Assembly: GCF_021028975.2 (NCBI RefSeq) | Contig: NC_059425.1 | Coordinates: 73,098,001 to 73,162,000 of the forward strand | Reading direction: 5' to 3' | Length of the DNA stretch: 64,000 nt | From: Sphaerodactylus townsendi | Lineage: Eukaryota | Part shown: one piece after another, positions 38,300-51,202 of the stretch | Layout of the letters: every line of letters starts with the position of its first letter | Position numbering within the stretch: the stretch's first letter is position 1 | The notes under the pieces: generated by a model | Told to the model about the DNA's origin: nothing | Databases searched by the model: none | Seen by the model: the letters and a program-made list of their open reading frames with translations, nothing else | Position numbers and translations under genes: made by a program

Positions 38300-40080
38300 C
38301 CAAGCATTGCAGAAAGGCCTCTGCAAACTGAATGATGCAACAATGTGGCAAATGAAATTCAGTGCTCGTAAATGTTAGGTGAAGCACATTCACCTTACAC
38401 TTATCTGGACAGAAGGGACCTGGCCATAGCACTGCATGCCCTGGTAACCTCCCATACAGATTACTGCAACATGGGGCTTCTGTTGAACCTATGCCCATAT
38501 TAGCAGGGAGGCCCTCTTAGTGATTCCTTCTGCTGCCGAGGTGCAGCGGGAGGGGGCGCATGGGTGGGCTTTTTCTATGGCAGGCCCCAAGCTGTGGAAC
38601 AGCCTCCCTGCAGAAATTTGCCAGGCGCCGACACTTTATCGATTTTTGTGCCTTTTTACCCTCTTTACCCTCTTTTGCGCCTTTTTATCCTCTTTACCCA
38701 GGCCTTCAATGTGTGACCCCCAGGGTCCCACGTATCGATGCCAGCTGAATGGTAGGGGAAGGGAGGGGTGGGGATTTTAATGGATGTTTTTATTGACTGT
38801 TTTAAAGGACGTTTTAATGTTGGCTTTTAATGTTTTATGTTTTAACAGGGCTTTTAACCCCATTATGTAAGCAGCCCTGGGACTTTGGTGTAGGGCGGAG
38901 TATAAATGGAACAAATAAACAAATAATCCCAATGTTAAGTACATGCTAATGGGATCTGAACTTGCTGAGACCTAGAGGCAAAGAGACCTTGGAGTCATAA
39001 CAGATAACTCAATGGAAGTGCTGACCCTATATGCTGCAGCAGTGAAAAAGGCAAACTCAGTTTGGGGAAAGGGGCTGAAAATAAGACAGCCAACTATATA
39101 ATGCCCATGTACATAACTATGCTGAGGCTTCATATGGAATACTGTGCGCAGTTCTGTTTACCATAACTCAAAAAGGACATTTGTGAACTGGAAAAAGTAC
39201 AGTAGAGGACAATCAAGATGATTAAGAAGTGGGGGCATCTTTCCTATGAGGAAAGGCTGAAGAGCTTGGGATTTTTATGTTTAAAAATGAGAAAACTGAA
39301 GGGGGGGCATAATAGAGAATTATAAAATTATGTTTGAGAAAGAGACAGTGGTTGTTGGGTGAAATCAAACCTGAACTCTCCTTGGAAGCTAAAATGACCA
39401 AACCAAAGCTATCATTCTTTGGTTACATTACAAGAAGACAAGACTCACTGGAAAAGACAATAAGGCTAGGAAAGTTGAATATGGCAGAAAAAAAGGAAAA
39501 CTCTGCATGAGATGGATTGACTCCATAAAGGAACCCACAGCCCTCAGTCTGCAAGACTCAAGAAAGTCTATTAACAACAGGACATTTTGGAAGTCATTAA
39601 TACTTAGGGTTAACATAAGTCAGAAGCTAATTGACAGCACTTAAACCAAAGAGAAAGAAAGACACTGGGCAGAAAAAACATTGTTCCTCTCCCAAAAAAC
39701 TACAACTCGGGACAGTCCATTAATTTGATGGACACTAGATTCAGCACAGACAAAATACTTCCTTATTCAAGGAGTGGTTAAAATTTGAAATTCGCTGTCA
39801 GAGAATACAGTGATGGTCACAAGCATAGAAAAATTTTAAAAATAATTTGATAGATTCATGAGGATAAGTCTATCAGTGGCTTCTAGCAAAGATGACTAAA
39901 GGGAACGTTCCCATTTAGAAGCAGAAAACCTAAATATCAGCGCAAGGAGGCAACATCAGGAGAAAGATGTGGCCACTGTGCTCTTTGCTGGCTCTCCAGA
40001 GGAACTGGTTGGCTATTGTGTGAAACAGGATGCTGGATTAGATGGGGCACTGCTATGATCCAGTAGGGTCTTATGATTTT
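38300..40080 (+). mobile_element. Old CR1 carrying a nested L2 3' end (about 38403-38925) and a nested RTE/BovB 3' end (about 39345-39645)
   Basis: CR1 ORF2 C-terminal remnants resume after each insert; L2 tail ends in aaataaac; RTE fragment LEAKM.K.KLS.FG.I.RRQDSLEK. Confidence 0.72.
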
Positions 40081-40376
40081 ATGCCAATTTAATGAGGTGA
40101 ATAATGTTGGACTCAGAACAAGAAAGAGCTGACTTCTCATCCTAATTAAGCCCCAAACCCCATACCAACTAATCGTTTTCAATTAACCAATTCCACACAT
40201 TTAGTGTGTGGATAAAACAAGATAGCATCAACGTATGCAGCACTGACCTGCGTGAAGGAAAGACCAAATGCTCTTTTATCCTCAGAATTTCCACTTTCTG
40301 GAAACCCCACTCTTTCAAATTGGATTCCACATTCAGCATCTTTCAATTCATAACCAATTACAATGATTTTCTGTAC

Positions 40377-40505
40377 CTTGTTATCTGTCACTGTCCACTG
40401 GCCATCAGAATTCTGCCTGAACACACAATGGTTCCGCGAGATCATTAATGGGCAGGATCTTGACATCAACTGGTATGTGACACCAGCCCCTCGACCTATG
40501 GTCAC
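40377..40505 (-). CDS. RNF8: RNF8 exon 2, FHA core (VTIGRG...ISRNHC...WTVTDNK)
   Basis: FHA motifs GR and SRxH; canonical splice sites; 129 nt. Confidence 0.96.
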
Positions 40506-41728
40506 CTGAACATAAAAATAGACATTTCTAATAAATTCACTTCAGAATAATCTGCCACGGAAAAGATGCTCACTCTGAATTAATTACTTTTTTATCATAA
40601 TTCAAGAAAATACAGTAACACACCATACAAAAGTCCTCTAGGAACAAGACTTCATTTTAAGTGCAGTTTTTTAATCTGATAGTCAAAACATAGAAAACCC
40701 TTGACCACTTTGTAAATGAGATAAATTTACAAATAGCACAGTCTATTTGAGATTATGCTGAATAACAGACAACCTAGTTAGCCATTTGCATTGATGCAAG
40801 TAAAAATAGCAGAAAGTAAGTATAAGAGAATTGTCATTACACATTCTCCAGATTGCAAATTAATTTGACTGGAGACTTATCAGGTATTTTGACATTGATT
40901 CTCTTTTTCTATAACAAGACATTAATTTTTGTTTTCTATAACAATTATAACAATTCAATCTGCATCAGCATAGAATGTTAATACCTGAACTGTGATGCCC
41001 AAATATTTTCACTGCACTCCCTTCGGGTCTCATGACATGTTCCATTTTTTCCCCTTCCCCAAACGCCGCTGTTGACACAGCTTCCTAATGGCTCACAAAA
41101 TCTTGAATGAGGCCAGAATCCTCAAGGTCCTCTGCGGCTGTGTCGTCCCTCTGCAGGCTCAAGGATCCTCAGAAAATCTGCTTGGTCACTTCTCATAATA
41201 AGAATCAGCCTCACAACCTTGTAGCTTTTGAGATCACCATGCTTCATGTGTGTAGGAGAGTTCTAAGCAATAGTCACAGTTTCCAAGTCATAAACTTTCC
41301 CAGCTGCCCTGTGACTTCAATGTTCTTCACGCTGTTTGCACTAAAATTATACAAACTTTTGAAGAAACTTCTGACATTTTTAATGTGTCTTAAATGTTTT
41401 AATTTCAGAAGTATAACCAGACTTTATCAGGTCTATATTAATTGTGATTCATCAAGTCCACTGCAACTATTTATTGTGACATGTCACATACCTGATAATC
41501 TTCTTGCTTTTACCATCCTAAGCAAAGGGCAAAATAAAGTATATTGAGCTCAATAGTTTATGCCATTGCTGTATCCAAGCTGTCAGAACCCAAATAGAGT
41601 GTGTACTACGTAAGAAATGGGAAAACAATGATGTGCGTAGTACACTGGCTGGCCAACAATTATAATTCTTATTTTAGTTTTTAAATTTCTATAAGGACAT
41701 TTAAGTCATATTCATCTTACTACTCATA

Positions 41729-42185
41729 CAAAACTTAATAAACAGCTTATATATCAGCTTTCAAAACACAGGACTTGCAATAATACTTCAAATCATAGAA
41801 CACATGTATGCATATAAATCAGTCTTCCATGAGACTTGCAAGAGAGGTGCAAAACCAAAATCTTCCAAAATACAAGTCCTCCATGAGAGGACGGAGTCCC
41901 AGTGACATTGCTGACAGGCTCCGTGGTTGCTATCCAGATAAAAACTTAATAAACAGCTTATATATCAGCTTTCAAAACACAGGACTTGGAAAAATGCTTC
42001 AAACCATAAATTATGTTTGCATTTAAATCAGTCTTCTGTGGGACTAGCTGAATTCTTCCAAATCAGTCTTCTGTGGGACTAACTGAATTCTTCCAAATTA
42101 CAAGTCCATGCAAACCGGAGTTCCTGTGATGTCGCTGACAGGCTGCAGATGGGAAGCCTCTGTAGTTGCTTGAATCCAGAAAAAA
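41729..42185 (+). repeat. Local tandem duplication, unit about 210 bp
   Basis: aaaacttaataaacagcttatatatcagctttcaaaacacaggacttg at about 41730 and 41941, with downstream similarity. Confidence 0.8.
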
Positions 42186-42629
42186 GAACGCCTTTGCATA
42201 TAATAGTTTTCGAATGATATCTTCATCATAAACAAGTTTTCCAATTTTATAACATTGCCATATTGAAGTTATGGTCCTCTGTTCATTTTTTTTTACCTCC
42301 TTCAATGGCTAATACCAATCCTGTATCCAAGCTGTGCCTAGCAATCTCATGTAGAACACCTTCAAAGAAATCTACTGTTAACTAGAACCAGCACAGTGCT
42401 AGTTGAATGAGCCCAATCCTAATTCACATCTGCTTCGTTTTGTTTTGCACTGTGATACATATTTACAAGAAAAACACAATTAAGAGGAAGTCATTTCTAG
42501 CAATGCGTCAGACCACAGTTTACTTGGAAAAAATATAGTGAACAGCCCAAAATGTGCATAGCTACTAACTTTAGTTGGAAATGTTTCACACACCTTAGTA
42601 AGTTAAGACTGGTGAAACTCAAGACTCAA

Positions 42630-42852
42630 TGTGCTGTAGTGGTTAGTATCAGCCAAGGATCAGAGAGACACAGGGCCATAGCCCATTCCGCCATGCCATG
42701 CAAGTATAATGGTTAAGCTTGGACTGCTGACATGCTCTCAGCCTAATTTACCTCACAGGGTTATTGTGAGGATAAAATAGACAAGGGGAAAATGATCCTA
42801 GCTGCTTTAGGTCCCCATTGAGGAGAAAGAGAGAACACAAATGAAGTAAATA
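42630..42852 (+). mobile_element. Degraded tRNA-derived SINE
   Basis: tgtgctgtagtggttag head; ctctcagcctaatttacctcacagggttattgtgagg body. Confidence 0.65.
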
Positions 42853-43297
42853 CACTAACAGAGAAAATACTAACCTATTCTCCACATACTTTTACAGTTC
42901 AGTTCAGGGAAAGAACTGCATTGACAGCTGCGTGCAAATGTATGAGGCAGCGCAAAAGACAAAATGAGAATAGGAGAATTTAACATTATACCACTCTTCG
43001 GCGTTGGTTTCCAAAAAAATAAGTCAACATAATAAAACAAGAGCAATCCCCAAGGGAGCAAGAAAGATGCATTACGATTTAGAATAACAGCGGTAATGTA
43101 AAACAGCAGCAGAAGCTGTTAAGAGAAATCAGAAATTAAGACAAACAGCGCGACTCAAGGTACAGGAATCCTAGAGCTGGAGTTACAATTATGGCTCAAT
43201 GGCCGTAAAGCTAAAAAGCTCTGTAAAGAGGACAGCGGCGGCCATGGCCAATGTCCCAAACCCCCCAAGAGGAGGAGGGTTGCAAGTCGCCCTGCAC

Positions 43298-43311
43298 CCT
43301 CCAGGGGGCGC
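43298..43311 (+). promoter_or_regulatory. CTCF core motif CCTCCAGGGGGCGC in RNF8 intron 1
   Basis: Close match to the CTCF consensus. Confidence 0.6.
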
Positions 43312-43417
43312 TGCGTTTTCCCTCCGTGCACTCTGTCTCGCCGTCCCCTCATCCTTAGCCTACTCCTATTCCTCCCTCAAACCCCGGGGATGACAAGCAG
43401 TCCCAACACGCTCTCAC

Positions 43418-43540
43418 CTCACCGCCGGCCTCCAGCAGCAGCCACTCTCCGCTCATGCCCGCTCGCTTGAGGCACCAAACCTGGCCCGGGCCCCCTGAGG
43501 GAAGGGGCACTCTCTCGCCGCCGCCAAAACCTTCCGCCAT
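43418..43540 (-). CDS. RNF8: RNF8 exon 1 (MAEGFGGGERVPLPSGGPGQVWCLKRAGMSGEWLLLEAGGE)
   Basis: Kozak aagATGG; WCLxRxGMxxxWLLLE matches the start of the RNF8 FHA domain; GAG|gtgaga donor; 123 nt. Confidence 0.93.
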
Positions 43541-44184
43541 CTTCAACGACCTCCAGGCCGAAGCAATCGCTCATCTCGAGTGAGCGGTCCACAAGCACCG
43601 CCCAACTGAGGGCAGGAGGGAAAACTGGCACGCGCTCCAGCGCTTCAACCGCCCGTCACAATGATGGCGTCTCACAGCCCCGCAGGCGTGAACGTGATCA
43701 AGCGATGACCGGGTATGCGTTGAAAGGATGGTGCAGCATCTGGTATCTTGAGAGGGCAGGAAGCAGTCTATGGAATGGTGCTCATAGTTCTGGACTGGGA
43801 TACCTGGCTGATATCCCTCTCTGCCACGAAGCGCGCTGGGTGACACTGGACCTATCATTCTCTCTTCATCCAACCCACTTCCTGGGATTGCTGTGAATGA
43901 GGAACAGAGTCGCTCTGAGCTTCCTGGAGGAAGTCTGGGATAAAATGTTATAAATGGATGGGAATGTGAACTACCGTATGTGAACTACCACCAATCTTTT
44001 TTCTTATTATTATTTTCTTTGTTTTCATTCTGGTCTGGATTCTTCCCTTTTGCTCTGAACATAGACAGCAGCACTTTTGAGGGAGTGCATTAAGAGCAAT
44101 TGCTGATTTTATCATCTGTGAGCAGAGGTGGATTTTCCTAAATCCTTTTGCTCAGAGTCTGCCCAACTCTGCAATGCCCTAGAA

Positions 44185-44640
44185 CAGGGGTGTCAAACAT
44201 GCAGCCCAAGGGCCAAATCCAGCCCCTTGAGAGGGCTTATCAGGCAAATGAGCTTGTTGAGGGAATTTCCCACACAATCCCTATCTGGCCTGGCAAGCCT
44301 CCTGTGGGTTTACTAATCCAGGCAAACACCCACACCATCCCAATCTGGCCTGGTGAGCCTGCTGTGGCCTCACCAGCCCAGGTACCCACTCACCCTTCTC
44401 CCAATCTGGTCTGGTAAGCCTACCACCTGCAGCAGCCACCCCCAAAGGGCCGACCACTTCCCCCATTCCCAATCTGGCCTAGTGAGCCATCCCCCCCCCC
44501 CCCCCGCCAGTGCTACTCAGCTGAAGCAGCCACTCCTCTTCACCACCCAGTTCTAATACAGACTGGCGAGCCTGCAGGACCTAGCCTGAACAAGTATGTC
44601 AAATCCAGCCCTTGTAACAAATGAGTTTATCACCTCACCC
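44185..44640. mobile_element. hAT-like element with internal ccaatctggcctgg repeats
   Basis: Left TIR caggggtgtcaaac, degenerate right TIR gtttatcacc; flanks ccctagaa / ccctagag. Confidence 0.65.
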
Positions 44641-45330
44641 CTAGAGTGCTTGGAAATCAGCATATAAATGATGTGGACACCTTGATACTTTGATATTTGT
44701 CCTGGCTAGGATATCGCCAGCTCATAGGCATTGTTTGTTTCCTATCAGGGCACTAACCAAATAGAGCTATTCTGTCTGTATTATTTGAAAGCAAGAAAAT
44801 ATGAGTGGGTTTACGAATTTAGTTTGCAACTTATATATTGTGATTTATGTACCTGTGTGTCTGTTAGCTTTAATAAAACTACTCTGAAGTCTGTTTCATG
44901 TATTATGGGATGAAGGTCAGCTTAACAATTCTAGTACTAAAAATCCAACATTACCATAAAGATCAGAAGCAGCGTTACTGAACAAATTACTGCCATAGTA
45001 CACTGAAACTCCAATTTAATTCCCATATCATGCACTTTGAATAAAAGTACAAAAAATACATTTGGGAAAGTTTTGAACTGAAAAGGACTTGGATTTGTCT
45101 TTTCATAGTTATCTGTGTCTATTTATAGGCTTAATGATATATGTCCCAGTTTTCTATGTACATATATAGCCTCTCTGCATTCTACCATATGAATTATTCT
45201 TTATAACAGAAGGACCACTCAATATAACCCACCACCCATTTGGTACAATTCTAGAGTTACTGTGGTTAAAAGATCGGTGGATTCAAGAAAACATAATCTT
45301 TGCTGTCCACCAGGGGCAAAATTCCAGCTA

Positions 45331-45564
45331 CCCTGTTTCCTCGAAAATAAGACATCCCCTGAAAATAAGACATAGTAGAAGTTTTGCTGAAGTGCTAAAT
45401 ATAAGGCCTCCCCCGAAAGTAAGACATAGCAAAGTTTTTGTTTGGAAGCATGCCCGGCAAACAGAACACCTGGAAAAATAAGACATCCCCTGAAAATAAG
45501 ACATAGCGCATCTTTGGGGGCAAAAATTAATATAAGACACTGTCTTATTTTCGGGGAAACACGG
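45331..45564. mobile_element. Tc-mariner (Tigger/Tc2-like) MITE
   Basis: TIRs ccctgtttcctcgaaaataagac / gtcttattttcggggaaacacgg; TA flanks; internal aaaataagacat repeats. Confidence 0.85.
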
Positions 45565-46168
45565 TATGTAACTGTGTTGAGGAATTCAAGAAAAATCTTA
45601 TGCTAAGTGGTTTGCCATGTGTATAGGTTGGATATGACCTATTTCCAGCACTCTGGTGTATATTGGAATTATCAATTATAATGTTCTCACAAAAGTGTAC
45701 TCCAGTATTATAATGTTATTCCAAGCCTAACCAACACTATTTGCCAAGCAAGGCACATAGATACACTAGAAAATCTATCCAAATGATTTCAATTCAGTTC
45801 TGTATAGTTTGCAGAAGCCCAGGAGAATGGGAGCTTGCCTGACATTCTTGAGCAGGCCATTCCTCAAGGCAGCAACCCCAACAGTGAAAGCACATGTATG
45901 AACAGTTGTTGATTTTGCCTATTTGCCGGTTGCCACCTCAGAAGCCCCTGCTGAGATGAATGATGTTATCATGGTAGAACATAGGGAAATAGGTGGTCCT
46001 GCAAATAAGATGGGCCGAGGCCATGAAGCACTTTGCATGTGATAGCCAATAAATGAAGTCAATGGAGCATCTGCGGAATGGAAGTAATATGCATGCTGCA
46101 TCTAGTTTCTGCTAATAGCCAAGGCATTCTGGACTTGAGAAAGTTTCTAACTGATTTTGAGGAGAGAC

Positions 46169-47220
46169 TGTTATCGCCCAGGAAAATAAACAGAATATTT
46201 TCCTGAGTCAAGTTACCTGACTACACTGGCTCCATGCCCGGACGCGGAGACTTGTGTGGCTCAGAAGCCTCCATAAGGTTCACAGAGAATGTATATGTAT
46301 GATTGTGCCAATGTCATATGGTTTCCCTCTTGTTTATGCCCCTCTAGGATGTAATAAAAGCCCCTTTAGAGTTTAATTTATGATTTTCTTACTGCTTAGG
46401 ATTTTAGTTTGACTGGGTCCCCCAGTTAGTTTAAGGTTTTGTTATTGTTAATTTAGGAGAGTCTTGCCTATAAGCATATGTATTTATCCCTTAAGGTTTC
46501 CCTAATGTTTAAGTTTAGAAATGTTATTTTTGAAATTTGTGTCTGTCAGCAAAAGCAGTAGCCTGTAAAGGCTGATATTAAGGGACAAGAAAGTTGGCTC
46601 TGGAATGCAGTTTAGGCCAACACCCAGCCGACTCCTTAGCAAAGACAAAGACCCTCTTTGGACTTGCAAATCAAATCTGTTGCCAGCACCCAGAGGTCCC
46701 CAGCCGTTGGAAGACGTGCAGAGACCACCATTGGACAGTTTGAACTTTTCTTTGTTGCAGAGATGAGAAGTGAGTGCATCAGGGCATTACTGAAGGAAAC
46801 AGCCATCTGATAAAGAAGATAGCTGGGTGCAGTAGCGAGCCCACCTGGATTTCCTGAATGGACTGTTATCTGTTCTCCCTTCAGCACCATTGTGAGATCC
46901 AGCAAGAAGACGTTTGACAGCGGGATTTTGTAATTCCATTCAGAAGTTGTAACTGTATCTTGCTTTTGTATTGTTGTTTTCTTATTGGTGTTTGGTGAGG
47001 GACTTGCCCCCTCACCTCCCCTTTTACCTGCCCCTTTGAAGTTGGGGAATAAAAGTTCTTGCACTGGGTTGCAAGAGTGCGATTCTCCTGCCCGAGCTGT
47101 GACCATCACTTCAAAATAAAATCTTTTTGCTTTGAAGACCGTAGGCTTCCTGCGCCTCATTAAGTTGCTGAGCTGAAATCACTTATTGTTACCCGAGCAG
47201 CAGCGGTAACAGCGGTAACA
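46169..47220 (+). mobile_element. Probable solo LTR just upstream of AARS2
   Basis: tgttatcgc...gcggtaaca inverted termini; AATAAA at about 47048 and 47114; no clean TSD. Confidence 0.55.
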
Positions 47221-47459
47221 AGTAGTCTAGCCTTTATGTACTGTAGCACAGATCCAGGTGAGCCATATCAAGTTAGGAATCATCTTGCAGGCTAGGCTGA
47301 ATCGGTAGTAATCCTTTTTTTACTGCAGCATTAACTGGCTTTACCAGAAAAAAAAGCTGGATCCCGTTCAAAACGCATCCCTGTTACCTACTTCCGATTC
47401 CATTTAGACGCTTATTTTTGTCTTCTTTTTTACGCCTCATTTTATATTTACGTCTTGTT

Positions 47460-48090
47460 GGTTCAATTTTTAACCTGGCGGGGGAAGCGGGGCCTCAAAA
47501 GTTGGAAGTGGTCCGGGGAAACATTGTGTTTGAACGACAGGCATGGGAGGAGGATCACCTCTTGTACTGCATCTGTCACAGTCCCACCATCCTCTGCGGC
47601 CAGAGGGATCGCTTCTGCAGTCTCGAATCCGCGGTTCCCCAGTTCCGCCCACAGCTAAGATGGCAGCGGCGGCCAAGCGGTCCGCGAGGCATGTTCTCCG
47701 GTGCTGGCACGGTGGTGCGTGCCTTGCTCGCTCTGCTGCTTCCTTCTCCGCTGCGCGGGTGCGACAGACTTTCCTTCAGTTCTTCCAGGAGCGGTATGGG
47801 CATGAAGTGGTGCCCTCGGCCCCTGTGCGACCGCGGGGAGACCCCAGCCTGCACTTCGTCAACGCTGGCATGAACCAGGTACGACCCTGAGAAGGAGGTG
47901 GCCGGCCTGGGTTGAGAGGCACCCTTGGAAAGGTTCCTGCACAGATACTGATCGGTCCCTGACTTTTCCTGATTTATGGATTTCGATGCTGCACCGTTTC
48001 ACGTGCTGCCTCCTAAAGAGAGGTGCCCAGCCGCTGTTTGCAAACTCGCCGAAATCCAAATTCAAACAGGCAATCCTCCAGCCGGGGTGG
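47460..48090 (+). promoter_or_regulatory. AARS2: CpG island and promoter of AARS2
   Basis: CpG-rich region around exon 1; aagATGGcagcggc start context. Confidence 0.72.
47660..47878 (+). CDS. AARS2: AARS2 exon 1: Arg/Ala-rich mitochondrial presequence plus AlaRS motif 1 (VRQTFLQFF...[23 protein letters not shown])
   Basis: AlaRS signature NAGMNQ; N-terminal transit-peptide-like extension distinguishes it from cytosolic AARS1; CAG|gtacga donor; 219 nt. Confidence 0.95.
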
Positions 48091-48389
48091 GGAGGATGTA
48101 TTAAGACAAAATTATTTTTTAAAAAAATAGGACGCCCAATGCATTTAAATTTAAAATCTGAACAGGGGCAGTTTTTAAAGAACTTTCCCGGGTCCTTTCT
48201 CGAGCGAGCGTCTATCAAAACCGTGAATTCCACTCCTAAGATGGAAGATTTTAAAATAAAATACACGAGAGCCCATTTGATTTTTATTTTGCTGTAATAA
48301 GCCATCAGCAGCAACTTGAGATTTACCTTTTCTTGTGTAGAAAGGACCATTCAGATTGTGGAGCATCACATGTCCTGTGTGTGCCGTTG

Positions 48390-48832
48390 CCTGAGTGCTG
48401 AGGGGGGTGGGGGTGTCTGCTGGGCGTCTCTTGCCTTCCCCCTCTAAAGTGAGGAGGGGAGAGGCTGCACAGAGGGACTTCTTTGCGATAGCCCATTGTG
48501 GAATGCCCCTCCCATTAGAGGTCCAACAGGCACCAACACTATACACCTTTCAGTGCCTGGTTAAGACCATCATTTTTGCCTGGGCATTTGACTGATTGAT
48601 ACCATCTACCTCAAACCACTGGACTTATTTGGAACTTGCCCTCTACCTGCACCTGGGGAGAGGGGGGTTAGAGAGCGGGTGGTTAATTGCTTTTAGGTAT
48701 GATTTTAGGAATTTTTATCTGGTTATGATGGTGTTTTTTGGTGATGCGAAATCACTTTTAGATTGTTGTAACCTGCCCTAGGGTGTATTTGAAGGGAAGG
48801 ATAGAAATCAAATAAATAAACAAACAAATAAG
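48390..48832 (+). mobile_element. L2 3' tail
   Basis: Similar to the other L2 tails; ends in aaataaataaacaaacaaataa. Confidence 0.65.
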
Positions 48833-48852
48833 AATGCCAAAAACATTGGAAA

Positions 48853-49055
48853 TGCCCTGACTTAGATGTCCAAGGATAGCCAAAACTTGCCAGAGGTCAA
48901 AAGGTAAGCAGGGTCAGCCCTTGTTTATATTTGTGATGGGAGTGCAGGGTTGCTTTGGAGAGGCAGACAAGGGCAAACCAGTTCTGTTCATCTCTTGCCT
49001 TGAAAACCCTATGAGGTTGCCATAAGTCGATTTCAGCTTGATGACCCTTTCACGC
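48853..49055 (+). mobile_element. Degraded 5S-derived SINE
   Basis: taagcagggtcagccct..gtt..atttg..atggga head; same tail as the 36388 copy. Confidence 0.55.
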
Positions 49056-49239
49056 TAAATGCTTGGGAATTTCAAAACTGTATGGAATCCTTTGAGAAAG
49101 TCTCCATACAATACTTTGACAAATTAGTAGGTAGAGTATAACTTTAGATGCTGGGTTGTAAAATGGTTTGTTTTAAGTTTAGCAATCATTAAGAATTTGA
49201 TTGAGGCAAGCTTCTTCATTATGAATGTTAATGTTCAGA

Positions 49240-49253
49240 GCGCCATCTAGTGA
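49240..49253 (-). promoter_or_regulatory. CTCF-like motif TCACTAGATGGCGC in AARS2 intron 1
   Basis: One mismatch to the CCACTAGATGGCGC consensus variant. Confidence 0.45.
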
Positions 49254-49456
49254 ATCAAGACCCTTTTCTCTTTAATTAACCAAAGCAAAACAAAGTAAGC
49301 TACAGTTTCTATCTACAGATTGAGTCTCACACAATACTCACGGCTTACTCCCTGTTCAGATCAGGACTATTACAATAATAGTTTTATATGCTGGGCAGTA
49401 CTACAGTCCTCATCAGACCTCTGTGGAATGTGAAATTTGTTGGGTGTTCCTTTTAA

Positions 49457-49684
<228 letters not shown>

Positions 49685-51056
49685 TGACGCTGGGTCAGTC
49701 TGTTTGTGCCACTGTAGAGACAATCTTACATTTCATACCTTGGGGTTTCTTTTTGATAACTTTTGTTGTAAACCACTGACCCATTAAAGTCAGCTCAAAC
49801 ATTCAAAAATGGAATCTGATCGAGCCCTTCTTACACAGGACCACTTCAGATTAAGACAGGCAACTGCATGTTTGAATACTCCTTCATGTCAAGAACTATC
49901 TGCATGTGGGAAACTAGCATGTGGAAGTGAATAATTTTAGCTGAGTCACTTCTCCATGGTGGGTTAGCCATCTCCCTACAGGGAACTTTGTATGTGCAGC
50001 CAAATAGTTCCCTGTCTGAAATAGTCCAGACCCAGTAGGGCAGTGTCATGGACTACTTCCATGTGTTTGAATTGGTCTTTAGAAAGCTATCTTGGGGGCT
50101 GGAGGAGAGGTGGGGGAGAGAATGAGCATCCATTTTCTGTAACAAGGTTTAAAATGTAGAGTGCTGCTTGTAGAGTGTGTTCATAGGTATCATCTCAAGA
50201 ACTGGCACTGACTGTTAGATCTGAGGAATGAATGTCCGTAACTGTGGTTGCCACACCAGTAAAAATAAGATTTGCTTGCTTTTTCTGAGAGCAGGTATAA
50301 TGTCACTGTTATAATCCTTGTTGTGAGAACAGTAAGTCAGGGGGACCTTGAAGTTCAGGACATGTACTAATGAGATTCTAGTTTTGTTTGCACTGTTTTG
50401 TGGAAATTTGGGTTTATGAGGCTTTCATCTTGCTTAACTGAGATATTTGTGAATGAGAGAATCATTTAGATTCTCCCTCTGTTGTCAATAGCCGCATGAA
50501 TGGCCCAGGCTCATGACAGTTTGAGAGTTAAGCAGGTTGGCCTCTGTCAGGGTGGGAGGCCTCCAAGAAAGTCTGGGGCTGCTGCGTGGAGGAAGGCAAT
50601 GGCAAAACCACTTCTACTCATCTCTTGCCTGGAATGCTCAGTGGATGGGGTTGCCATGAGTCCTTTGCAATTTGATGACACTTCCTTTCTCTTCTTCCTC
50701 TTCCTCTGTTGTTTATGGTGTCCTTTATCTGGGCGGGAGAGGGGGTTACCTTCAAAGAGTATGTGGTGTTATTTATCTGGAGTTCTTCCTTCAAAGAGTA
50801 CAAGTGGTTTTATCCCCATAGTAACTCTGTGAGGCAGTTTAGGTTGAAAAACCTAGGTTACCCAGGAAGTAGGGTGACTGAGTAAAAGCATAAATCAAGC
50901 CTCTCCATTCCTACAATATCGCCCACATTGTCCTTCAATTCTGAGATAAAACAAAGGTTATCCAATGCATCCCCTCCCATCCCCTGTAATGAAGCAATTT
51001 CTTTCCTATTACATTGGCTTACTTTTTCCCATTGCTGTTTTCCATTTCCTGTTCAG

Positions 51057-51202
51057 GAGGAAGCATGCAGCATGGCATGGGAGCTCCTCACACAGGTCTA
51101 TGAGATCCCAAAGGACCGTCTCTATGTTACTTATTTTGGAGGCGATACAAAACTTGGGCTAACTGCAGATGAAGAATGCAGGGAAATATGGCTAAGTTTG
51201 GG
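51057..51202 (+). CDS. AARS2: AARS2 exon 3 ([30 protein letters not shown]...CREIWLSLG); last AARS2 exon detectable in the window
   Basis: gttcag acceptor, GG|gtaagt donor; 146 nt, ends in phase 2. Confidence 0.96.

Larger units (their letters stand above)
43140..43790 (-). promoter_or_regulatory. RNF8: CpG island and promoter of RNF8; YY1-type motif AAGATGGCGG over the start codon (43534-43543)
   Basis: High CpG density around exon 1. Confidence 0.75.

Noticed and set aside
44270-44490. Short regularly spaced repeats resembling a CRISPR array
   Set aside because: Eukaryotic context, degenerate repeats with related spacers, inside a hAT-like element
45307-45320. CCACCAGGGGCAAA as a CTCF site
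   Set aside because: 3' half deviates from the consensus
46636-47160. 174-aa ORF on the - strand
   Set aside because: Lies within the probable solo LTR; no gag, pol or env motifs
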